Source: Candidatus Woesebacteria bacterium UBA1430
GTDB lineage: Bacteria > Patescibacteriota > Microgenomatia > UBA8517
Length of the DNA: 64,000 nucleotides
Assembly (NCBI GenBank): GCA_002329465.1
Contig: DCTW01000004.1
Coordinates: 66,933 to 130,932 of the forward strand
Reading direction: 5' to 3'
The stretch's first letter is position 1, and every line of letters begins with the position of its first letter. The notes under the pieces are model-generated. The model saw only the letters and a program-made list of their open reading frames with translations, did no database searches and was not told the DNA's origin. The position numbers and the translations under genes are program-made. Shown here piece after piece: positions 29,680 to 37,406 of this stretch.

Positions 29680-30072
29680 GTGGACACAAACCCAAAAAAC
29701 CCAACGGTGTTAATAATAGAAGACGATCAAGCCCTGGCAAAAATGTATTCGACAAAATTCCAAATGGAAGGCTTCAACTCAATAGTTGCAAAAGACGGTA
29801 AAAGCGGTATGGATTTTCTAAATACAAAAAGCCCTGACGCGATACTTCTCGACATCATGCTTCCCGGATATTCGGGATTGGATCTTCTCTCAAGCCTCCA
29901 ATCAAACCCCAAAGCCAAAAATACTGTTATATTAGCGCTCACAAATCACCCTCAAAAAGAAAGCGCTCAAAAAGCACTAAACCTCGGAGTAAAAGAATAT
30001 CTTGTAAAAGCAATGCAAACACCCGAAGAAGTAGTAGAAAAAGTCAAAAAATACCTAAATCTTCCACAATGA
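29680..30072 (+). CDS. Single-domain response regulator (receiver only)
   Basis: IIEDD, ILLDIMLP (phospho-Asp), LALTN, YLVK. Confidence 0.92.
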   Translation: MDTNPKNPTVLIIEDDQALAKMYSTKFQMEGFNSIVAKDGKSGMDFLNTKSPDAILLDIMLPGYSGLDLLSSLQSNPKAKNTVILALTNHPQKESAQKALNLGVKEYLVKAMQTPEEVVEKVKKYLNLPQ

Positions 30073-31226
30073 GTCTTCAGGCCAAAACAAAACTGCCGTA
30101 TATCATTTTTATTTTTACTTTTTTAATCTATCTATTAACCTCAGGAGGCAACACTCCCTATAACTACTTTGTACTTTTCGCAGAAAGTTTCACAAAAGGC
30201 AAATACTGGATCGAGTCGGCGCCACCCTGGCTAAACGAACTCGTACCCACCGGCAGGGGACGCTACTATCTTGTCTATCCGCCAATGCCTTCTATCCTTC
30301 TTATGCCCTTCGTTCTATTCTTCGGCACCGCCTTTCCACAACAAATTCTGGCACACCTGTTGGGAGCTGGTTCAGTAACCTTAACATACCAAATAGCTCA
30401 AAAAAAACTGAAGTCGGCAAAAAAAGCACTTTGGGTATCCACGCTGACGGGATTTGGAACAATCATATGGTTTCTCTCAGCTACAGGCTCCGCCTGGTAT
30501 TTGGGACAAATATCAGCGTATTTTTTTGTAACGGCTGCAATTTACGAAACCGTCTCAAAAAAACGCCCAATTGCAATAGGGCTTTTCCTGGGAGCAGCCT
30601 ATCTTTCACGACTCCAAACTATACTTACTCTGCCTCTTATACTTTACCTTACCAATAAAGAAAGATTTAGTACTTGGCCAAAAATTTTAATCATACTAAG
30701 TATTTTTCTATCAATAAACTTCGGGTATAATTTCATTCGCTTCGGATCAATTCTTGATAAAGCATATATACTAATCCCGGGCGTTTTGAATGAACACTGG
30801 TACTCCAAAGGTCTTTTCCACCCAAGCTACATACCAAGACATATCAAAACAATTCTGCTGGAATTGCCCAAATTCTCAAAAAACCCTCCATTCATATGGC
30901 CGTCATGGGCCGGACTTGCTATTTGGATCACAACACCCGCATTTATATTTTCTCTATTCGCACCTCTCAAAAAAGCCGAGGTGGCTTTTTCTTGGCTGGT
31001 AATTTTTCTAGTATCAGCAGTAATATTTATGCACGGAACAGTAGGGTTCAGTCAATTCGGATACCGCTTTGCTGTCGACTTCTATCCGGTACTAATTTTT
31101 TTAATCATCATCTATCTTAAAAAAACAAATCTAAACTTCATCCACTGGACTCTTCTTACAATTTCGGTAATAGTTAACACATGGGGAGTACTGTGGATAA
31201 ACAAATTTGGCTGGGTATCCTTCTAA
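30069..31226 (+). CDS. Polytopic GT-C-like membrane protein
   Basis: About 10 TMs; YYLVYPPMP in loop 1; YNFIRFGS; QFGYRFAVDFYP. Confidence 0.65.
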   Translation: MSLQAKTKLPYIIFIFTFLIYLLTSGGNTPYNYFVLFAESFTKGKYWIESAPPWLNELVPTGRGRYYLVYPPMPSILLMPFVLFFGTAFPQQILAHLLGAGSVTLTYQIAQKKLKSAKKALWVSTLTGFGTIIWFLSATGSAWYLGQISAYFFVTAAIYETVSKKRPIAIGLFLGAAYLSRLQTILTLPLILYLTNKERFSTWPKILIILSIFLSINFGYNFIRFGSILDKAYILIPGVLNEHWYSKGLFHPSYIPRHIKTILLELPKFSKNPPFIWPSWAGLAIWITTPAFIFSLFAPLKKAEVAFSWLVIFLVSAVIFMHGTVGFSQFGYRFAVDFYPVLIFLIIIYLKKTNLNFIHWTLLTISVIVNTWGVLWINKFGWVSF

Positions 31227-32608
31227 TACCTGCCTCTTTGGCGCTATATTCCTTAACTTTACTAAAAGACGTCGGCTTTTGGGACACGGCAGAATTCCAA
31301 ACCATCCTCTACACGCTCGACATCGCACACCCCACAGGCTACCCCACTTACATACTTTTAGGAAAACTGTTTCTTATTTTACTCCCGCTAAAAAATGTAG
31401 CACTTCAAATCAATTTTCTCTCAAGCATCCTTATATCTCTAGGATTATACTTTATTTCAAATTCAATATTCACAATCACCAAAAACAAATATGTCTCAAT
31501 ACTCACACCCTTTTTAATAATGACTTCCTCCGTTGTTTGGTCGCTCTCAACAGCTGCAGACCCTCACGCACTCCACTTTCTTTTTACATCTCTTTTTATA
31601 TATCTCTCCACCAAAATATTAATCCAAAATAGAACAAATTTTCTGCCAACTATTTTTCTTATTACAGGGCTATCGCTCGGAAATCACTTATTATCAATAT
31701 TTTTCTTATTGCCTCTTTTTTTAATTCTGGCAACAAAAGCCAAAAAAGCCCGGCCTTTTATAATAAAATCAATTCTTTTATTCTTTCTTGGTCTAAGCGT
31801 CTATGCGCTACTGCCGATAATTTCTTACTTTAAACCTCCCCTAACTACCGATTATTCTATAAACAGTCTTGATTCCTTTAGCCGCCACGTTTTCGGCAAA
31901 GATTTTAGTCCCCACTCCGGAAAATGGATCGGAGGAAGCGTGCTTTCAGCCCTTCAATTTTATTCGATTCAACTAAAACAATTTATCTCAATCGTTTTTC
32001 TGCCTCTTGCTTTAATTGGAATTGTCTCTCTTAAAAAAGAAAATCGCATTCTAAACTTTTCTCTATCATTTATTTTTCTCGGTACACTCCTTTTCAGCCT
32101 TAGATATCAAAACGCCGTTATAGAAAGATATTTCGCACCCTCTTTTGTTGTTATTCTTATCTGGATATCCTCATCAATCAACCCAATTTTACGTCTCTCT
32201 AAAAAATTCAAATTTATAGCTCTCCTTAGTTTTATACTTATTATCACAGTCCAAACAACAAAAAACATAAAAACAGTCTTTCCCTTAGTAAAACAAAACG
32301 GGTCAAACTCAGCGCGCACTTTTGCCGAAAAAACCATGGATCTGCTTCCGAAAAATTCGGCAATTATCTCTTGGTGGAGTTATTCTACACCGCTTTGGTA
32401 TCTACAAAAAGTCGAAGGAAAAAGGCAAGACGTTTTAATAATTAACGCGTCACAAAACGAATGGGAACAAATTGCGCTTAATCTTTATTCAAAAAAAGAA
32501 ATTTTCTTAATCAATTACATCGATCTTAAAAACCCTTCCTTTAAACTAATACACAAAGAGCACCTCTATCAATTTACTCCCCTGTCTTATGAGAATTCTC
32601 CCCAATAA
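31181..32608 (+). CDS. DUF2723/TMEM260-like GT-C glycosyltransferase
   Basis: FWDTAEF...IAHPTGYPTYILLGKLF, GLSLGNH, ERYFAP, PLWYLQKVEGKRQDV. Confidence 0.8.
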   Translation: MGSTVDKQIWLGILLIPASLALYSLTLLKDVGFWDTAEFQTILYTLDIAHPTGYPTYILLGKLFLILLPLKNVALQINFLSSILISLGLYFISNSIFTITKNKYVSILTPFLIMTSSVVWSLSTAADPHALHFLFTSLFIYLSTKILIQNRTNFLPTIFLITGLSLGNHLLSIFFLLPLFLILATKAKKARPFIIKSILLFFLGLSVYALLPIISYFKPPLTTDYSINSLDSFSRHVFGKDFSPHSGKWIGGSVLSALQFYSIQLKQFISIVFLPLALIGIVSLKKENRILNFSLSFIFLGTLLFSLRYQNAVIERYFAPSFVVILIWISSSINPILRLSKKFKFIALLSFILIITVQTTKNIKTVFPLVKQNGSNSARTFAEKTMDLLPKNSAIISWWSYSTPLWYLQKVEGKRQDVLIINASQNEWEQIALNLYSKKEIFLINYIDLKNPSFKLIHKEHLYQFTPLSYENSPQ

Positions 32609-33686
32609 TCTTGCCAACCCACTCATGCATTCCGCTCCAATCTCCAGCGATGGGAACTAAAACATACAAATTATTATAATCAGAAAATGGCGGGTTTTTA
32701 AGTAAACTTTCCTCAAAATCATGCATCTTTATCTTATCCCTAAAATCATAAGCTTTCCGCGCCAAAAAAACCTGGGCATATTCATCCATATCAGTCTCCG
32801 AAATAGATTTTATTAAATCCCAAAAACCAAAAAGTTTCCGCGGATGATACAAAAAATCACGACTTACTAACTTATCTTTAATCGCCACCATCACAAGCTG
32901 TGCACGTCTTGTCCTTGCAAAATCAGTGCCTTCTTCCAAATCCTCCGAATGCCTCGAACGCACATACTTTAAAGCAGTACCTCCATCCATGGTTGTCAGC
33001 CCTTTTTCAAACCTTATCGTCTCATACCGGCAAGCATACTCAGGGTCTCCATCACACAAATCTTCCCCTCTCCCCTCGATGGGATATTTTTTATCTTCAA
33101 AGCTCCTTGGTACGTCAACTTCCACCCCACCCAAATAATCAACGACCTCTTTAAATCCGTCAAAATTCATAGAAAAACCGTAATGAATAGGTATTCCCAA
33201 TATCTCCTCAACATAAGACTTGGCAAGAACAATTCCACCACCCGCCCTTCTTTCATTACCTATGCGATAAGCTCCATTAAGCTTGTCTCCAAGCTCCTCA
33301 ATCCATATATCACGAGGAACAGGTATTAAATCCACGCCAGAGCCGTAAATATCAAAAGAAGCAACTATCATAGTATCTGATAAAATTGGATTTTTTTCTC
33401 CGTCACCCGATAAGCCGAGAAAAAGCAAATTAGTTCTTCCGTCTGTAGATTTTACTTTTTTATTACTTGCAAAAATAAATGTAAAGCCCAATTCAGCGTA
33501 TTTATAATAACCGCTGAATTTCAGAAAAAAAACACCCACAGCCACAAAAAGGCTCAAAAAAACAAATATAGATAAAAAAACGCCGAAACGAACAAACAAA
33601 ATATGTCTTGCCAAAATTCTTCTTTTTACTCTCGCCAAAAACCTTTTCCTTCTCTCTGATAAAAATTTATGCCTTCTTTTTTCCAT
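32574..33686 (-). CDS. LCP (LytR-CpsA-Psr) family glycopolymer ligase
   Basis: TM, NLLFLG, SDTMIV, PRDIW, KLNGAY, ALKYVRSRH, DFARTRRAQ. Start moved to the ATG at 33686. Confidence 0.9.
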   Translation of the reverse strand: MEKRRHKFLSERRKRFLARVKRRILARHILFVRFGVFLSIFVFLSLFVAVGVFFLKFSGYYKYAELGFTFIFASNKKVKSTDGRTNLLFLGLSGDGEKNPILSDTMIVASFDIYGSGVDLIPVPRDIWIEELGDKLNGAYRIGNERRAGGGIVLAKSYVEEILGIPIHYGFSMNFDGFKEVVDYLGGVEVDVPRSFEDKKYPIEGRGEDLCDGDPEYACRYETIRFEKGLTTMDGGTALKYVRSRHSEDLEEGTDFARTRRAQLVMVAIKDKLVSRDFLYHPRKLFGFWDLIKSISETDMDEYAQVFLARKAYDFRDKIKMHDFEESLLKNPPFSDYNNLYVLVPIAGDWSGMHEWVGKIIGENSHKTGE

Positions 33687-33742
33687 GTTAGAATAAGTCT
33701 TGCAAAACAAAAACGCTTTTAATTATTGTATTTTATACCAAA

Positions 33743-35605
33743 ATGGCAGACAAGCTAACTGATAATCTTAATAAGGAACAAATCAAAGCAGTTACCTTCG
33801 ACGGAAAAGCGCTTCTTATTTTAGCAGGCGCCGGTTCCGGCAAAACAAAAGTCCTAACACACAGAGCCGCTTGGTTTATCAAAAACAAAAAAATAAATCC
33901 GGACCAAATCCTCCTTCTGACATTCACAAATAAGGCATCGGATGAGATGAAACTTCGCATAGCAAAACTATCAGGAAATGTACCTAAATATTCGGGTACA
34001 TTTCACAGCTTTTGCGTCAAAGTATTAAGAATAGACGGCCAAAAAATCAATATTCCAAAAAATTTTATAATCTACGACCAAACCGATCAAAAAGAAATTA
34101 TTAAAAGCATCATTGAAAAGCGCAATTTCAACAAAGACAGCTTCAAACCCGAGGCCTTTCTATCACAAATATCTGACGCAAAAAACCAAATGATAAGTCC
34201 GGTTCATTACGCTGAAATTGCAAATGGAGAATTCCAAGAAAAAGTATTCGCAATATATGTAGAATACGAAAAATATCTTAAAAAAGCAGGGGGGTTAGAT
34301 TTTGATGATTTACTTCTTAAAACAGTAGCTCTGTTTCAAGAAAAACCAGAGGTACTAAATATTTGGCAGGAAAAAACAGCTCAAATTCTAGTTGACGAAT
34401 GGCAAGACACAAACAAAATTCAGTATCAACTTACAAAACTGCTAATTGGGCACAGAAAAAATATCACAGCAGTAGGCGATGCCTCGCAATCAATATATAG
34501 CTGGAGAGGGGCAGATTACAGAAACATCAACTATCTCACAAAAGATTTTCCCGACATAAAAATAATAAATCTTGAACAAAATTACCGCTCCACCCAGACA
34601 ATATTAAACGCCGCAAATTCGGTAATATCCAAAAATACCACGCATCCAATTCTTAAACTCTGGACTCGTAACGCCCAAGGAGAAAAAATAAAACTTTTTA
34701 GGGCAAACAGCGGACAAGACGAAGTCCGCTACATTGTGGAAAAAATTAACGAACTCACGCGCACAGGCTACAATTACAGCGACGTTGCAATTCTTTATAG
34801 AACCAACGCCCAGTCCCGCACGATCGAAGAAGCACTTCTTCAAAACGGAATTCCTTATCGATTAGTTGGAGGAATACGATTCTACGATAGAACAGAAATT
34901 AAAGATATCATCTCTTATCTAAGACTAATAATTAATCCTAAAAATCCGGTATCCCTAAAAAGAGCACTCAAGACAGGAAAAAAAAGGACGCAAAACCTTC
35001 TCTTGCTCCAAAAAAGTCTGAATACGCAAAAACTAACTACTCTGGAAATTATGGACAAAACACTTAACAAAACTGATTACCTTTCAAAATTTGCCCAAGA
35101 AACGGATGAAAATTTTGCTAGGCTGGAAAACATAAAAGAGCTACGTTCTGTCGCGGCTGAATTCCAAAACATCGATGAATTTTTGGAAAACGTAGCCTTA
35201 GTTGAGGCCGAACAACTCTCGACCTCCAAATCACTCCATCAGTCATCAGTCACTAGTCATCAGTCACTAGTCACTCTCATGACTCTACATGCAGCAAAAG
35301 GGCTTGAATTTCCCGTTATATTCATAACTGGCCTTGAAGAAGGCCTTTTCCCACACTCAAGGTCGCTTTTTGACCCGGGACAATTGGAAGAGGAAAGAAG
35401 GCTCGCATACGTAGGTATAACAAGAGCAAAAGAAATCTTATTTCTCACATACGCTCAACAAAGGCTCTATTTCGGACAAAAAACAAGCAATCCTCCAAGT
35501 CGTTTCCTTTCGGACATACCAGAAGACCTATTAAACACATCAGATAATTCTGGCTATTCCCAAACGGTTAGATACGACTTCAACGATATTAACGACATAC
35601 TCTGA
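33743..35605 (+). CDS. pcrA: PcrA/UvrD helicase with shortened 2B region and no C-terminal domain
   Basis: LAGAGSGKT, TFTNKA, VDEWQD, GDASQSIYSWRGA, NYRS, YRTNAQSR, HAAKGLEF, EERRLAYVGITRA. Confidence 0.9.
   Translation: MADKLTDNLNKEQIKAVTFDGKALLILAGAGSGKTKVLTHRAAWFIKNKKINPDQILLLTFTNKASDEMKLRIAKLSGNVPKYSGTFHSFCVKVLRIDGQKINIPKNFIIYDQTDQKEIIKSIIEKRNFNKDSFKPEAFLSQISDAKNQMISPVHYAEIANGEFQEKVFAIYVEYEKYLKKAGGLDFDDLLLKTVALFQEKPEVLNIWQEKTAQILVDEWQDTNKIQYQLTKLLIGHRKNITAVGDASQSIYSWRGADYRNINYLTKDFPDIKIINLEQNYRSTQTILNAANSVISKNTTHPILKLWTRNAQGEKIKLFRANSGQDEVRYIVEKINELTRTGYNYSDVAILYRTNAQSRTIEEALLQNGIPYRLVGGIRFYDRTEIKDIISYLRLIINPKNPVSLKRALKTGKKRTQNLLLLQKSLNTQKLTTLEIMDKTLNKTDYLSKFAQETDENFARLENIKELRSVAAEFQNIDEFLENVALVEAEQLSTSKSLHQSSVTSHQSLVTLMTLHAAKGLEFPVIFITGLEEGLFPHSRSLFDPGQLEEERRLAYVGITRAKEILFLTYAQQRLYFGQKTSNPPSRFLSDIPEDLLNTSDNSGYSQTVRYDFNDINDIL
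35237..35271 (+). repeat. 7-bp tandem array inside pcrA
   Basis: CATCAGT CATCAGT CACTAGT CATCAGT CACTAGT, encoding HQSSVTSHQSLV just before TLMTLH. Confidence 0.9.
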
Positions 35606-35631
35606 AAAATTAATGCTGTTATAATAAGCTC

Positions 35632-36576
35632 ATGCTACCGCGACACCCCCTTCAATCCAAATCTTGGGCGGACTTTAGGCGTACTTGGGGTAACGAAGTC
35701 ATCAAAACCAAATATGGATATATTACTTGTCACAAGTTACCGGTTACTAGCTACAAAGTAGGCATGTTTATCCGAGGCCCCAAACCCACTCAACCAATGC
35801 TCACCGACCTTAAAAAAATTGCTAAAGAAAACAATCTAATATTTATCAAGCTCGAGCCCTTCGCCCTCAAAGAGCAAGGGCTTGAAAATCTCCTCAAGAA
35901 AAACAATTGCCTCCCGGGTAAAACTCTCTTTACTCCAACCTCCTTTTGGATCGACCTAACCAAATCCGAAGAAGAGTTAATGCAAAGCTTCTCCCCCAAA
36001 ACCCGCTACAACATCCGCCTGGCTCAAAAAAAAGGAGTCATTGTAAAAGAAGACAATTCCGATCAAGCCTTCGAGACCTACCTCAGGCTCACCCGCGAAA
36101 CCATCCAAAGGCAAGGCTTCTATGCCCACTCCGAGCGCTACCACCGCCTCATGTGGAACCACCTTCACACCAAGCCACAAGCCATAAGCCATAAGCCTTT
36201 AGCCTTCCTTCTGACCGCGACCTACCAAAAAAAAATAATAACTGCTTGGATATTATTCGCCTATAAAGGATTCCTGTATTACCCCTACGGCGCCTCCTCC
36301 GATAAATATAAAAATGTCATGGCCAATAACCTTATGATGTGGGAGGCAATCCGCTTTGGGAAAAAAAGAAACCTTAAAATATTCGATCTCTGGGGCAGGG
36401 AAGAAGGCAAGGGATTTACCCGCTTCAAAGAAGGCTACAATCCCAAAGTCGTCGAATTCGTCGGCACTTGGGATCTGATCATTAACAAACCCCTTTACAA
36501 CACCTACCGCACCATAGACTTTCTCCGCTGGATCCTCCTGCGCACCAAATCCCGCCTTATCAAGCCAAAATTCTAA
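35632..36576 (+). CDS. FemABX-family peptidoglycan bridge aminoacyltransferase
   Basis: HPLQSKSWADFR, FIKLEP, IDLTKSEEELMQSF..KTRYNIRLAQKKGV, YPYGAS, LMMWEAI, FDLWG, GFTRFKEGY. Confidence 0.9.
   Translation: MLPRHPLQSKSWADFRRTWGNEVIKTKYGYITCHKLPVTSYKVGMFIRGPKPTQPMLTDLKKIAKENNLIFIKLEPFALKEQGLENLLKKNNCLPGKTLFTPTSFWIDLTKSEEELMQSFSPKTRYNIRLAQKKGVIVKEDNSDQAFETYLRLTRETIQRQGFYAHSERYHRLMWNHLHTKPQAISHKPLAFLLTATYQKKIITAWILFAYKGFLYYPYGASSDKYKNVMANNLMMWEAIRFGKKRNLKIFDLWGREEGKGFTRFKEGYNPKVVEFVGTWDLIINKPLYNTYRTIDFLRWILLRTKSRLIKPKF
36171..36205 (+). repeat. 7-bp tandem array inside the first Fem gene
   Basis: CAAGCCA CAAGCCA TAAGCCA TAAGCCT TTAGCCT, encoding KPQAISHKPLA. Confidence 0.85.
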
Positions 36577-37406
36577 TGGATATTCGCCAGTCCCCATCCT
36601 ATGCCCGCTTCATGTCCTTAGAAGGCTGGACAGCCGATAAATCCGAAGGCACTTACTCCTACATCAAAAAGCTCCCCCTGCTCGGCCACTTCATAAAAAT
36701 CCAGCGCCCCGCCACCATCACGCCCAAGCTAATCAAAACACTCGAAGGCAAATACCACCCCTTCCAAATCCTCCTCGAGCCCTCATTAAATACCGATTAC
36801 AGTTTACTTCTTACTGATCACGGATTTCACAAAATGAAATCTCCTTACCTACCGTCAAAAACCTTAACCTTAGATCTCACCCAATCGGAAGAAAAGCTCT
36901 ATTCTAATCTCAAAAAAGACTGCCGCTATGCCCTGCGCAAAACAAAAGACTCACTGCTCACCACCCCTTCCTCACTCCCTAAAATTTATGAATTTCGTAA
37001 AGCCTGGAAACGCTCTGTCCCCTTCACTCGCTACGTCCCCTCTCGCAAAAATCTGGAAAACCTTAAAAACTCGTTTAAAAAAACCTCCCTTTTTCTAACT
37101 ACCCCAGACTTTACAGCAGGCGCCATTTTTCTAAAAGCCGGCCCTACAGCCTACTACTGGCAAGCATTCACCGATAAAGAAGCCAGAAAAACGCTCATCC
37201 AGTACCAAATTGTCTGGCAGGGAATCCTCTGGGCAAAAAAGGAAGGAGCAAAAACATTCGATTTCGAAGGCATCTATGACAATCGCTTTCCCAACAAAAG
37301 CTGGATCGGCTTCACCTATTTCAAAAAAGGTTTCGGAGGTATAGAAATTATTTATCCGCAAAGCCTCAGCAAAACTTATTTCAAAAATCTGCTTTACAAA
37401 AAATAG
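36576..37406 (+). CDS. Second FemABX-like (GNAT) protein
   Basis: DIRQS, TLTLDLTQSEEKL, RYALRK, IVWQGILWAK, FDFEGIYD.R, GFTYFKKGFGG. Confidence 0.85.
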   Translation: MDIRQSPSYARFMSLEGWTADKSEGTYSYIKKLPLLGHFIKIQRPATITPKLIKTLEGKYHPFQILLEPSLNTDYSLLLTDHGFHKMKSPYLPSKTLTLDLTQSEEKLYSNLKKDCRYALRKTKDSLLTTPSSLPKIYEFRKAWKRSVPFTRYVPSRKNLENLKNSFKKTSLFLTTPDFTAGAIFLKAGPTAYYWQAFTDKEARKTLIQYQIVWQGILWAKKEGAKTFDFEGIYDNRFPNKSWIGFTYFKKGFGGIEIIYPQSLSKTYFKNLLYKK

